Virus record (IMG/VR): IMGVR_UViG_3300020048_000015
Location: 32,001 to 96,000 of that record
Strand: one strand, 5' to 3'
Origin: a virus
Length of the DNA: 64,000 nucleotides
Positions 28,777 through 39,615 of this stretch are shown here, piece after piece. Every line of letters begins with the position of its first letter. Position 1 is the first letter of the stretch. The position numbers and the translations under genes are program-made. Under the pieces are notes generated by a model. It saw nothing but the letters and a program-made list of their open reading frames with translations, had not been told where the DNA came from and did not search any database.

Positions 28777-29166
28777 ATGAAACACATTAAAAAATTTACA
28801 AATTTTATAAATGAAGACTTGGATCCAAATTGGAAATCATCTGATGAATTTGATACATCAATGACAAATGATACAGAAGAAGATGATGATATTATTGATG
28901 ATTTTAAAGATGAAGAATTAATTGATGATTTTGAAGATGATTATTATAATCACAAAGAAAATGATTTCGTATATGACTACGAAAAAAGAAAAAAACAACA
29001 TCAAGATTTTGATGATAATTATAGCTCACCTGATCTTGATTATGTAGATTTATATGGTGATGATGATTTTGATGATTACAATGATGATTTAGGATTTGGA
29101 TATGAAGAATTTCAAGATGACCCTGCTATAAATAGCAGAAAAGATAAACCAAACAAAAACTTTTAA
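28777..29166 (+). CDS. Highly acidic low-complexity protein with leader
   Basis: MKHIKKFTNFINE; Asp-rich. Confidence 0.7.
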   Translation: MKHIKKFTNFINEDLDPNWKSSDEFDTSMTNDTEEDDDIIDDFKDEELIDDFEDDYYNHKENDFVYDYEKRKKQHQDFDDNYSSPDLDYVDLYGDDDFDDYNDDLGFGYEEFQDDPAINSRKDKPNKNF

Positions 29167-29194
29167 TTATTTTTTCATAAAATAAATAAAACCA

Positions 29195-29710
29195 ATGAAT
29201 AAATTTAATATTGTAACTAATCTACAAATAAACTATAAGTTTAAAACAAGTAGCCACTTTATTGTTAATTTAGGATTAGCAATAACTAAACAAGATAAAG
29301 GTGGTAGAAAACTTAATGATTCTGATGAGTTTGCTTATTATTATAATTTAACATATGATTCAATTGCCCATTCACAAGGAAATATAGGCAATATAAATTT
29401 TTATTTAGATCTTAAAATTAAAGATAATACTATTATATTTTTCTATGAAAAAGAAAAATATACATATAAATATGATGAAATAATGATATTAGAAAATGGT
29501 ATTGATTTTTATTTAGGACACTTGATTAAATTGACCGAAATTGCACATAATGATAAGATTGAATTGAAAATTGAACCTAAATCAATTACTAAAAAAGAAG
29601 AACAAATGATAATAAACCTTTTAAATAAAGGCAAATTATCATTTGAAGAAATTGCAGATGTTGTTGAAGTTGATTTAGAATATATTACTAAACTTTCAAA
29701 GACTTTATAG
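29195..29710 (+). CDS. Hypothetical protein with possible C-terminal HTH
   Basis: KLSFEEIADVVEVDLEYITKL. Confidence 0.6.
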   Translation: MNKFNIVTNLQINYKFKTSSHFIVNLGLAITKQDKGGRKLNDSDEFAYYYNLTYDSIAHSQGNIGNINFYLDLKIKDNTIIFFYEKEKYTYKYDEIMILENGIDFYLGHLIKLTEIAHNDKIELKIEPKSITKKEEQMIINLLNKGKLSFEEIADVVEVDLEYITKLSKTL

Positions 29711-29935
29711 GAAAGCAGATAGTAATGAAAAAATATATATTTTTTCGTATTCTTCCAAATCATCATAATCAAATTCTACATCCAAATCACCAATAAAGTT
29801 ATGTAATATAATAGAATTATCTTCTTTTACATATTCAATTGAATGAATATATAGAAATCCTAAATCTATTTCTACATATAATTCATTCAATCCAATACCC
29901 AAGATTTTTATTATATTTATAAGTTCTTCTTTCAT
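29705..29935 (-). CDS. Small acidic hypothetical protein
   Basis: ORF. Confidence 0.55.
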   Translation of the reverse strand: MKEELINIIKILGIGLNELYVEIDLGFLYIHSIEYVKEDNSIILHNFIGDLDVEFDYDDLEEYEKIYIFSLLSAFL

Positions 29936-29983
29936 ATATCTATATATTTAGATTAATATATAATAAAAATATTTATAGCTAAA

Positions 29984-30976
29984 ATGATTTTAAAATACAA
30001 AGATTATCTATTAGAATCTTTATTATTAGAAAGTGAATTAATTCTATCTGATGATTTCATTGATTTATTAAAATCAATGAAATCTAGTAAAATAAGAGAT
30101 TTTCTACTAATAAATTTAAGTAAAAATGATAAGCAATTAAGTTTATTTACAAATGATCTTAATTTAAAATATAATTATTTAGATATATCAAAAACAAATA
30201 ATGATGAAGTAACATTCACATTAGATAAAAAAGCAAAGGAAATAACTGGTGATATATGGGATTCAAATAGAAATCCAATTAAAATAGGAAGAGTTATAAA
30301 TTCTATAATAAAATCTAATGATCTTAATATTTCACCAAAAGAAATTGAAGATTTCATAAATCTATATAAATCATCCATTGATAAGAAAAATAATCAATTT
30401 TACTATTTTGATATAGTAAAAGGCGAAGATATTAAAGCATACTATAAAAAAGAAAACTACAAAGAAGTAAAAGGTGAAACAAATTTGATAAAATCTTGTA
30501 TGAATGAAATGGATAGCAATATATTCAATATGTATTCAAATAATCCAGATGTATGTAGCTTAGTTATATTATATAGTGATGATGATAGAGATATAATAAA
30601 AGGTCGTGCATTACTATGGAAGACCACATCAAGAGAAATGGTTTTAGATAGAATCTATACACATTATGATTCTGATATTAAACTATTTCAAGAATATGCT
30701 GAACAAAATAATTGGTTTTATAAAGAAACACCAAAAGGAACTATTAGATTTATATTAAATGGTGATTTAAAAACTAAAATTTTCCAAGTAGAAGTAGAAG
30801 GTAGTTATAACTATTATCCATATCTCGACACATTTAAATATTATAATGGCGCTTATAGATTTCTAACCAATAGAGAACCTAGAGCAAGTGATTATGAAAA
30901 TGAAGAGGAATTTCTTGATGAAGAATGGATTTGCTTAGATAGTGATGAGGGTGAATTTTCTGAAGTTTATATTTAA
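29984..30976 (+). CDS. Phage protein with leader
   Basis: MILKYKDYLLES; IKIGR, SCM, GRALLW, LDRIY, YPYLDT. Confidence 0.7.
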   Translation: MILKYKDYLLESLLLESELILSDDFIDLLKSMKSSKIRDFLLINLSKNDKQLSLFTNDLNLKYNYLDISKTNNDEVTFTLDKKAKEITGDIWDSNRNPIKIGRVINSIIKSNDLNISPKEIEDFINLYKSSIDKKNNQFYYFDIVKGEDIKAYYKKENYKEVKGETNLIKSCMNEMDSNIFNMYSNNPDVCSLVILYSDDDRDIIKGRALLWKTTSREMVLDRIYTHYDSDIKLFQEYAEQNNWFYKETPKGTIRFILNGDLKTKIFQVEVEGSYNYYPYLDTFKYYNGAYRFLTNREPRASDYENEEEFLDEEWICLDSDEGEFSEVYI

Positions 30977-31091
30977 ACTTTATCATTTAAAATTATATAA
31001 AAGTATATTGATTAATTAAAAATCTGACAATATGTCAGATTTTTAATTTGGTATAAAAATTGAAATTAATTAATTAAAAAAAAAACTTAAT

Positions 31092-31664
31092 ATGAGCAAA
31101 AGTAACAAAATTATTGGAATTGATCTTGGGTCATATAATTCGGCTGTTTCTATTTATGATGGAAACGAAGTTAAAATACTACCAAATTCGGAAGGTAGTC
31201 TAACCACTCCTTCTTATGTAGCATTCACCAAAGATGGAATTAAAGTAGGTGAAGCAGCAAAAAGACAAGCGGCTACAAATCCAGAAAAAACTATCTTTAA
31301 TATTAAACGATTAATGGGTAAAACATTTGATGAAGTAAAAAATATCAAAAGACCATATAAAATCGTAAATGCTGATGGTAGAGCTGCTATCCAAATTGAT
31401 GATAGAGTATATACACCCGAAGAAATATCCGCAATTATTATTCAGAAAATGAAAAAAACTGCTGAAGAATATTTGGGACAAGATGTTGAAAGAGCAATCA
31501 TTACAGTTCCTGCACACTTTAATTCAGAAGAAAGACAAGCTACTAAAATCGCTGGTGAAATCGCTGGTCTTAAAGTAGAACGTGTTATAGCAGAACCAAC
31601 AGCAGCTATTTTAAATGTAGATTCAAAATCTGAAAAGGTATATGCAGTCTATGATTTTGGTGGT
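31092..31664 (+). CDS. dnaK: Hsp70 chaperone DnaK, exon 1
   Basis: [46 protein letters not shown]. Confidence 0.92.
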
Positions 31665-31976
31665 TAATTTTAGCCTCCAGTTTAAAAAAACCCATTAAAT
31701 TGCTGGAAAGTCTTTAGAGTCAACAATACTACAACGTAATTTGTAAAAATAAGCGTGAATGTTAAAAAATTGTTGAATTAGATAATCAGCAGCCAAGTGA
31801 CCATTAAAGTGGTTAAAGGTTCAACGACTACGAAAAGTAATCTAAGTCTTAAATGATATGATGAAATTCGCAAGAACAGTGGGAATGTTTCAACCACTAA
31901 GAAACATTAAGATATAGTCTGGGCTTATATGAAAGTATAAGAAGTTAAGATAAAGAGCTTAACGATAACAAAACCG
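31665..31976 (+). mobile_element. ORF-less group I self-splicing intron (312 nt)
   Basis: P AATTGCTGGAAA 31698, Q AATCAGCAGCC 31784, R GTTCAACGACTA 31819, S AAGATATAGTCT 31909; P1 with U.G at 31664; P3 CCCATT/AGTGGG; terminal G 31976. Confidence 0.88.
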
Positions 31977-33248
31977 CAAACAATGGATCTATCAATTGTT
32001 GATGTTGCAGATGGTGTATTTGAAATACTTGCAACTGATGGTGATTTGGATTTAGGTGGTTCAGTAATTGATGAGATAATTGTCAATCACTTAGCTGATG
32101 AATTCAAAAGAATGGAAGGTGTTGATTTAAGAAAAGATCCAATGGCTTTCCAAAGATTATTTGAAGCAGCAGAAAAAGCAAAAATCGAATTGTCCGGAAG
32201 CACTACAACCGATATCAATTTACCATACATAACATCAATTGATAATGTTCCAAAACACTTAGTTATATCTTTAACTAAAGCTAAATTTGAACAATTAGCA
32301 AATGATATTGTTGATAAAACAATTGAAATATCAAAATCAGCCCTAAAAGCTTCAAATCTAAATGCTTCACAAATAGATGAAATTCTTTTAGTTGGTGGAT
32401 CATCAAGAATACCTTTGGTTCAAGAAAAACTTGAAAAGTTATTTGGTAAGAAACCATCAAAAGCTTTAAATCCAGATACCTGTGTATCATCAGGTGCCAC
32501 AATTCAAGGTGGTGTTATCAGTGGTGACAATACTGATATTCTATTATTAGATGTTATTCCATTGTCACTTGGTATTGAAACTATGGGTGGTGTTATGACT
32601 AAATTAGTTGACGCTAATACAACCATACCTACAAGAAAAAGCGAAACTTTTAGTACAGCATCAGATAACCAACCATCAGTAGAAATTCATATTCTACAAG
32701 GTGAAAGACCTTTAGCTAAAGATAATAAATCATTAGGTAGATTCGTAATGGATGTTTTATCAGCACCAAGAGGTGTTCCACAAATTGAAATTATATTGGA
32801 TATTGATGCCAACTCTATCTTAACAGTAACAGCTAAAGATAAAGCAACTGGTAAAGAAAAGAATATAAAGATTCAAGGTGGAACTCAACTATCAAGTGAA
32901 GAAATCGAAAGAATGAAAAAAGAAGCTATTGATAATGCTGAATCTGATAAACTTGAAAAAGAAAAAATAGATAAAGTAAATCAAGCAGATTCTTTGATTT
33001 TCCAAACAGAAAAGCAAATTAAAGAATTTGATTCTAAAATATCTACTGATGACAAAGCTTCATTAGAAACTGCCTTAACAGTTCTTAAAGAATCACAACA
33101 GTCAAGAGATATTGAAAAAATTGATTCTGCTATAACTTCATTAAATGATATTTGGAATAAAATAAGCACCGAACTTTATAGTAATTCAAATAATGATAAT
33201 CAGACAAATGATGAACCAGAAGATGTAAACTACGAAGAAGTTAAGTAA
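31977..33248 (+). CDS. dnaK: Hsp70 chaperone DnaK, exon 2
   Basis: [59 protein letters not shown]. Confidence 0.92.
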   Translation, partial: QTMDLSIVDVADGVFEILATDGDLDLGGSVIDEIIVNHLADEFKRMEGVDLRKDPMAFQRLFEAAEKAKIELSGSTTTDINLPYITSIDNVPKHLVISLTKAKFEQLANDIVDKTIEISKSALKASNLNASQIDEILLVGGSSRIPLVQEKLEKLFGKKPSKALNPDTCVSSGATIQGGVISGDNTDILLLDVIPLSLGIETMGGVMTKLVDANTTIPTRKSETFSTASDNQPSVEIHILQGERPLAKDNKSLGRFVMDVLSAPRGVPQIEIILDIDANSILTVTAKDKATGKEKNIKIQGGTQLSSEEIERMKKEAIDNAESDKLEKEKIDKVNQADSLIFQTEKQIKEFDSKISTDDKASLETALTVLKESQQSRDIEKIDSAITSLNDIWNKISTELYSNSNNDNQTNDEPEDVNYEEVK

Positions 33249-33285
33249 AAAAAAAAGACCATTCATAACGAATGGTCTTTTTTTT
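33247..33285. terminator. Bidirectional intrinsic terminator
   Basis: A-tract gaccattc/gaatggtc T-tract. Confidence 0.75.
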
Positions 33286-34513
33286 ATAATTCATCTAATA
33301 ATCTTTCTTTTACATTTACATTATAGTCTTTCCAACTCACAGAAGGTTCCCATCTATCATCAATTCTTATTTTCGGAATATCTATAATTCCTTCTGATAA
33401 AGAATGATTAAATATTTCTGATACTTCTTCTGTTCCTAAGTAATCAATAGTTTCTTCAATATTATCCATAATGCCATCAAAATTTGTTATATCAACTTTT
33501 ATCTCAATTGGACTACCATATTCAAATTTAATAATTTCACCATAATATTCTAATGTACTTTTCAATTCTTCAGAATAATAATCAACTGCTAAATCCACTA
33601 ACATATCATCTTCAGTCCAAGTTAATATATGCCTTATAGTATAATCATCATCCAATTCTTTAACCATATCTTCTAAATCATCATATTCTTCCAAATTATC
33701 TTTTTTACTTAGATAATCTTTAATAATTTTTTTATTATCATTATCCAAACAAGAACGCAAATTATATTCCCATTGTCCATCATAGCTATGATATTCTAAA
33801 TATACCCAGCCTTCACCATCCATTATTTTTTCAAATAAATCAGTATTAACATCAACATAATTTTTAATTTCATCTGGTCTTATTTTTAAAATAAAATCTG
33901 TTTTTAAATCACTACTTGATAAAATTCCTAATTCAATTAACTTAACCTTAGTGTTAAATGTATGGAATACTTCATCAGGAATATCTTCACCAAGTTCTTC
34001 ACTAAACACTTCTTCTAATAAATGTCTAACAATTTTACAATCTTTTCTTAAAAACTTATATGTATCTTGTAAATCCAAATATGTTTTTAAATCAGGGAAG
34101 AATTTATACAAATCATTTATTGGATTCATGCCACATTCAAATTCATCTACACCATATTCAGCAACACCATCCAATGTTGTTAGATAATTATAACTACAAT
34201 CATAATCACCATCTATATATTTTGGACCACCTTTTAAATCTGTTAGTTTATTTCCATAACATTTAAAATCACCACCAACTTCTTTAGGCGCACCATCTAA
34301 CGTAGTTAATTGATTATTAATACAATTAAAACTACCAGTTACCCTATTAAATTTAAGTGGCAGTTTAGTTAATTTTTCTTTTCCTAACCAAACATTATCA
34401 TCTACATCAATTGATCCATCTGGATTTATTGTGTAGTTTTGAATGTTATATTTTTTACAAATCTTATCAATTTCTGATTGATCAAAATTTTCAAATAATT
34501 TTAAATATTTCAT
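33284..34513 (-). CDS. Variable LRR-like family, 3 repeats, fused to an acidic ~230-aa domain
   Basis: Family N-cap and units; C-cap diverges after RHLLEE. Confidence 0.8.
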   Translation of the reverse strand: MKYLKLFENFDQSEIDKICKKYNIQNYTINPDGSIDVDDNVWLGKEKLTKLPLKFNRVTGSFNCINNQLTTLDGAPKEVGGDFKCYGNKLTDLKGGPKYIDGDYDCSYNYLTTLDGVAEYGVDEFECGMNPINDLYKFFPDLKTYLDLQDTYKFLRKDCKIVRHLLEEVFSEELGEDIPDEVFHTFNTKVKLIELGILSSSDLKTDFILKIRPDEIKNYVDVNTDLFEKIMDGEGWVYLEYHSYDGQWEYNLRSCLDNDNKKIIKDYLSKKDNLEEYDDLEDMVKELDDDYTIRHILTWTEDDMLVDLAVDYYSEELKSTLEYYGEIIKFEYGSPIEIKVDITNFDGIMDNIEETIDYLGTEEVSEIFNHSLSEGIIDIPKIRIDDRWEPSVSWKDYNVNVKERLLDEL

Positions 34514-35091
34514 ATATAAGTATATCCTTCTATTTTTTCTGGTAATTCTACATTTTTATTATAATATTCACTAAAATCTTTAATTGCATCTTCTAATAAA
34601 TGTTTAACTACTTTACAATCTTTTCTTAAAAAATTAAATGTTTCTTGATAATCTAAATATATCTTAACATCATCAAATAAATCTATTATAGGGCTTATTG
34701 GATTATAAGAACAATAAAAATCCCCACCAACTTCTTTAGGACAACCCATTAAACTGGTTAATTGATTATAATCACAATAAAAATTCCCACCAACATAATT
34801 TGGACAACCAACTAAAGATTTTAATTTATTATCAGAACAATAAAATCCTCCACCAACATATGTTGGTGATCCATCTAAAGATGTTAAATTATTTATATAA
34901 CAATAAAAATCCCCAGAAACTATATTGAATTTAAGTGGAAGCTCTGTTAATTTTTGTTTTCCTAACAAAACATGACCATTTACATCAATAGATCCATCAG
35001 GATTTATTGTGTAGTTTTGAATGTTATATTTTTTACAAATCTTATCAATTTCTGATTGATTAAAGTTTTCAAATAATTTTAAGTATTTCAT
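34510..35091 (-). CDS. Variable LRR-like family, 3 repeats
   Basis: Same caps and units. Confidence 0.85.
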   Translation of the reverse strand: MKYLKLFENFNQSEIDKICKKYNIQNYTINPDGSIDVNGHVLLGKQKLTELPLKFNIVSGDFYCYINNLTSLDGSPTYVGGGFYCSDNKLKSLVGCPNYVGGNFYCDYNQLTSLMGCPKEVGGDFYCSYNPISPIIDLFDDVKIYLDYQETFNFLRKDCKVVKHLLEDAIKDFSEYYNKNVELPEKIEGYTYI

Positions 35092-35609
35092 ATATAAGTA
35101 TATCCTTCTATTTTTTCTGGTAATTCAACTGATTGATTATAATATTCATTAAAATCGTTTAAAGCTTCTATTAATCTATGTTTAATAATTTTACAATCTT
35201 TTCTTAAAAAATTATATGTTTCTTGATATTCTAAATAAGTCTTAATATTTCTATCAAATAAATTTATTATTGGTGTTATTGGATTATCACTACACACAAA
35301 ATAACCACCAACTTCTTTTGGACAACCATCTAAACTGATTAAGTTATTTTCTGAACAATCAAAATCCCCACCAACATAATTCGGACTTCCTTCTAAATTT
35401 GTTAATTTATTAATCCAACATATAAAATTCCCACTAACTCTATTAAATTTTAATGGGATTTCAGTTAGCTTTTTAAATGCTAAATCAATATTACCATTAA
35501 CATCAATTGATCCATCAGAATTTATTGAATAATTTTTTATCCCAAAGAATCTACACATAGAATCAATTTCTGATTTATTGAAGTTTTCAAATAATTTTAT
35601 GTATTTCAT
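35088..35609 (-). CDS. Variable LRR-like family, 2 repeats
   Basis: Same caps and units. Confidence 0.85.
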   Translation of the reverse strand: MKYIKLFENFNKSEIDSMCRFFGIKNYSINSDGSIDVNGNIDLAFKKLTEIPLKFNRVSGNFICWINKLTNLEGSPNYVGGDFDCSENNLISLDGCPKEVGGYFVCSDNPITPIINLFDRNIKTYLEYQETYNFLRKDCKIIKHRLIEALNDFNEYYNQSVELPEKIEGYTYI

Positions 35610-35665
35610 ATATAAGTATATCCTTCTATTTTTTCTGGCAATTCAACACATTCATCATAATTCAT
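35606..35665 (-). pseudogene. 19-aa remnant made only of the LRR-family C-terminus
   Basis: MNYDECVELPEKIEGYTYI, with ATGA coupling to the next gene. Confidence 0.75.
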
Positions 35666-35690
35666 ATTTTATATATATTAAAAATACTTG

Positions 35691-35720
35691 GAACTTTTTT
35701 ATCAAAATATAAGTTATTAC
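35691..35720 (+). promoter_or_regulatory. Candidate promoter GAACTTT-N15-GTTAT
   Basis: Same elements and spacing as the 6364/6709/7406 copies; upstream of the GIY-YIG gene. Confidence 0.45.
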
Positions 35721-35823
35721 CTAAATATGAAATATTTAATTGGGTAGCAACGCTGAAATTAATTAGTGGTATAATATATCTATTTTTAAATAAAGGAAGG
35801 AGATTGATTTTTATATATAGTAT

Positions 35824-37074
35824 ATGAAAATAAAACCGAAAGGATATTGGACAAAAGAAAGATGCTTGGAAGAGGCTCTAAAATACAACACTAGAGGTGA
35901 ATTTCAAAAAAAATCAAAAAAAGCATATCGAGCCGCATTGAAAAATAAATGGATAGACGAGATCTGTTCACATATGGTTCAATTGTTAAATCCAAAAGGA
36001 TACTGGACAAAAGAAAGATGCCAAGAGGAAGCTCTGAAATATAAAACAAGGAAAGAATTTCGAGATAATTCTATTACTTCATACCATACATCATTAAAAG
36101 GTGAATGGATAGATGAAATATGTTTACATATGCCTTCCAAAGTGGAAACTCTTCCACTAGGATATTGGACAAAAGAAAGATGTAAAGAAGAATCTATAAA
36201 ATACACCACAAGGAGAGACTTTAGAATAAAATCAAGAACGGCATATTCTATATCTGTTAAAAGAGGTTGGTTAGATGAAGTTTGCCAACACTTACCTGGA
36301 GAAAAACCAAAGGGATATTGGACAAAAGAAAGATGTTTGGAAGAGGCATTAAAATATAAAACAAGAACTGAATTTGAAAAAAATTCAATTAGTGCTTGTG
36401 TCACTGCTCGTAAAAATAAATGGATAGATGAGATATGTTCACATATGATTATAGTTGGTAATAGATATAAAAGATGTATATATGCTATTGAATTTTCTGA
36501 TAATCATGCTTATATTGGTCTAACATATAATATACAGGTTAGATTTAAAAATCATTTGAGGACAGATAAGTCCAATAGAAGTTCGGTTCGATACCACATA
36601 GATAGAACGGGGATATCCCCAAAATTAATTCAACTAACAGAGTATATTGATACAAAGGAAGCTTCTGAATTAGAAGGAATAGAAAAGAATAAGTATGAAA
36701 ATAATGGATGGATTTTATTAAATAGATCTAAATGTGGCGCAGTTGGTGGTCATACTCCTATATGGACAAAAGAAAAGTGTATTGAGGAAGCATCAAAATA
36801 CAAAACAAATAAAGAGTTTAGGATTAAATCACCAAATGCCTACTGGGCTTGTCAAAGCAAAGGGTGGTTAGAAGAGGTGTGTGAAAATTTAGAATATGCT
36901 AATAACAACAATTGGACATTAGAAAAGTGTATTGAAGAGGCTTTAAAATATAAAACTAGGAAAGAGTTTGAAAAATTCGGAAAAGGAGCTTATGGAAAAT
37001 GTGTAAAAAGTGGTTGGCTAAATGAATTATACTCAAATATACCAGATATAGATAATTTTACTAGACGTAAGTAA
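35824..37074 (+). mobile_element. Free-standing GIY-YIG homing endonuclease with six ~50-aa repeats
   Basis: CIYAIEFSDNHAYIGLT, R, E and N core; repeats (G)YWTKERCxEEALKYxTRxEF..KxWxDExCxH. Confidence 0.8.
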
Positions 37075-37106
37075 TAAAATTAATAAAATTTAATAATATA
37101 TAATAA

Positions 37107-38360
37107 ATGAAACTAAAGAAATATTTAGAGTTTATAAAAGAAGAAGTGAGAATTTCAAATGTATATATACCAACGTATGAAGAATGTGTTGAGATATGCT
37201 CCCAGGATGAATCTCCTTTTTATGAAACTAAATTAATAGTTGAATCCTATCCTGTTTCGCTTTTCAACTATAGGTTAGCAAAATATAGCGATTTCGTTAC
37301 ACCTTTGCCTTCTAAACCAAGCGTCTCTGGAAAAGAAATGCGTGGTTTATCATTTGTTTTTAACACAGATGGAACACTATATAATAGATATGTTTTACTT
37401 GAAAAGTTTTTTAACTTAAATCAAGTTCCTGAATCTATGTATTCAGTTATAAAAAACTATAAAATAAAATTTGTAAATAACAAAGAAGATGGAAGCATTG
37501 CATCATTTATCAAGCTTCCAAATGGAAAAGTAGTTGGTAAATCTAAGATGGGATTTGACAACGAACAAGCTAATGGTATAAACTATGTTTATAACAACAG
37601 ACCGAAAATAAAAAAGTTTGTTGATTGGTGCTTAAACAATGACATCATACCAATATTTGAATATGTATCACCAGCAAACAGAATTGTTCTAAGATATTTA
37701 GATGAAGATCTAATCTTATTAAGAATGCGTGATAATAAAACAGGAAAACATATTGATTTAAAAAATCATATGGACAAAATCGGTTCTATTAAAATTGCAC
37801 CTTTTGAAGATGATGAAAAAGATTTGGATAAGTTAATTGAAGTAACTGCTACACAAGTAGATAAGGAAGGAATCATTGTTCAAACCGAAGATTCTAATGG
37901 AAATGATTTATTCTTTAAGCTCAAAACACCGTGGTATGTAGCTCGCCACAATTTATTAACAAATGATTTATATAGAGAAAATATATTAATCGGATATATC
38001 TTAGATGATATGATAGATGATTTGTTAGGGCAAATACCAGAAGATGAGAAAGATACCCACGAAAGAATCAATAAAATTATTAATATTGTTAAAAAAGTTC
38101 TTGACCAAAAAGTAAACGATATTAAAAAATTATACCAGGTTTTTGTTTCTATGAACAAAGATAGAAAAGAATTTGCTTTGAAATACTTTAAAGATAAAAA
38201 CTTTAGTTGTGTTATGTCTATGAACAAAGGTGTTGAACCATATGAAATTGCTAAAGATTGGCTAAGAAAGGAAACTGATAGACTTTTTGCAGCAAGAGAT
38301 TTTCTACAAAAAATAGATTCAACAATCTTTTTCAAAGATGCAACAGAAGATGATAATTAA
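37107..38360 (+). CDS. ATP-dependent RNA ligase, T4 Rnl1 family, with leader
   Basis: EKFFNLN, KEDGS (motif I), SKM, FEYVSP.NRIV, EGIIV, KLKTPWY. Confidence 0.88.
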   Translation: MKLKKYLEFIKEEVRISNVYIPTYEECVEICSQDESPFYETKLIVESYPVSLFNYRLAKYSDFVTPLPSKPSVSGKEMRGLSFVFNTDGTLYNRYVLLEKFFNLNQVPESMYSVIKNYKIKFVNNKEDGSIASFIKLPNGKVVGKSKMGFDNEQANGINYVYNNRPKIKKFVDWCLNNDIIPIFEYVSPANRIVLRYLDEDLILLRMRDNKTGKHIDLKNHMDKIGSIKIAPFEDDEKDLDKLIEVTATQVDKEGIIVQTEDSNGNDLFFKLKTPWYVARHNLLTNDLYRENILIGYILDDMIDDLLGQIPEDEKDTHERINKIINIVKKVLDQKVNDIKKLYQVFVSMNKDRKEFALKYFKDKNFSCVMSMNKGVEPYEIAKDWLRKETDRLFAARDFLQKIDSTIFFKDATEDDN

Positions 38361-38364
38361 ACTT

Positions 38365-38399
38365 AAAAGGACTGTAAATTAATTTACAGTCCTTTTTTT
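38365..38399. terminator. Bidirectional intrinsic terminator
   Basis: aaaaggactgtaaatt/aatttacagtcctttt. Confidence 0.75.
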
Positions 38400-38721
38400 A
38401 ATCTAAATATTCAGCATCACCATCTTCTAAATCAATATATCCTTCAACCCATTTAGTAAAATCTACATTATCTAATCTATCAAACATTTCATTATAAGGA
38501 ACAACTCTATTTAATAAATCTTTTAATATTGAAACATATTCTTTATGTTTGGTAATATCACCAACTATACTTTCCAAATCATCAGGAAAAGTCAATAAGA
38601 TATCACTATCATTATAAAAGAAAGTTCCTTCATAATATACATCATCATATATAATACTTATCATTACTAAGATACCATTTTCCAGTTTACCCAAATATTC
38701 TAAAATTGATATATTAAACAT
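38398..38721 (-). CDS. Hypothetical protein
   Basis: ORF. Confidence 0.65.
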   Translation of the reverse strand: MFNISILEYLGKLENGILVMISIIYDDVYYEGTFFYNDSDILLTFPDDLESIVGDITKHKEYVSILKDLLNRVVPYNEMFDRLDNVDFTKWVEGYIDLEDGDAEYLD

Positions 38722-38956
38722 CTAATTCATCTAATTTTTTAGATCTATTTTCTTCTATTATATTTTTCAAAACACCAATATTATTTAATGTATGATAATA
38801 TGATTCACCCATCTCAGGTCGACCATCAACAATATGAGATAACATATTTTGATACATAGAGTATATTCTATCAATTTCTTTTTCTGTGAAAAAAGAAGTA
38901 CCATCTTTTATAAGGTTTAGGTCTAAATAAATATTTTTAATTTGGTTTATATTCAT
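38714..38956 (-). CDS. Small protein with C-terminal tag
   Basis: Ends IEENRSKKLDELDV. Confidence 0.6.
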   Translation of the reverse strand: MNINQIKNIYLDLNLIKDGTSFFTEKEIDRIYSMYQNMLSHIVDGRPEMGESYYHTLNNIGVLKNIIEENRSKKLDELDV

Positions 38957-38960
38957 AATA

Positions 38961-39224
38961 TTAATCTACTAAAATTTCTATTTTTTTTATTTTATCATCA
39001 GTATCAGTAAATATAATTGATACTTTTGCTAATTTGGTTATTTCTTTTGATTCACCTGTGAACTCATTTACCATAACATCTTTTAGATATTTAACATCTA
39101 ATGTTGGTCTTTCCCCAAGAAATTTTCTCATATCTTCTTCAAGAATATTATAATTCCAATTATCTCGTTTCCAATCAATGTTGGAAACATATTGTCTTAT
39201 TGAAGCTTCTTTTAATGATTGCAT
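38961..39224 (-). CDS. Hypothetical protein
   Basis: ORF. Confidence 0.65.
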   Translation of the reverse strand: MQSLKEASIRQYVSNIDWKRDNWNYNILEEDMRKFLGERPTLDVKYLKDVMVNEFTGESKEITKLAKVSIIFTDTDDKIKKIEILVD

Positions 39225-39240
39225 ATTTATTATATTATTT

Positions 39241-39576
39241 TTATGGAATTTGTTTTCTTTTTATATATGTATTTTCATCATTTAAAATTTTTAAAATTTC
39301 ATGTGATTTTTTACATTCATTAATAAAATTATCAATATCTTCTTTTTCTAAAAGAAACCATTCACCTTTTATTTTTTTTGTTTTGTATTTATTATGTAGG
39401 ATTTTTTCAATTTTTGTTCCATATTCAGACTTAAAAACTGATATTATTTTGAAGTCATTTGAATTTCCAGTTTTAAATTCTTTTATTCTATCTTCTACTT
39501 TTCTTTTAGTAAAGCCAATTTTACACCCATCATCTGTTGAAATTAAATATACATTATACATAAAAGTATATATCAT
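39241..39576 (-). CDS. Small GIY-YIG-fold protein (T5orf172/MUG113-like)
   Basis: VYLI...KIGFT..VEDRIKEF.TGN, EKILH, GEWF. Confidence 0.8.
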   Translation of the reverse strand: MIYTFMYNVYLISTDDGCKIGFTKRKVEDRIKEFKTGNSNDFKIISVFKSEYGTKIEKILHNKYKTKKIKGEWFLLEKEDIDNFINECKKSHEILKILNDENTYIKRKQIP

Positions 39577-39615
39577 AAATATACTTTCTGATTTTCAAAA
39601 ATAATATATATTTAT

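Noticed and set aside
31983-33248. DnaK as two independent genes or a pseudogene
   Set aside because: The gap has all group I core elements, and precise removal restores the frame.
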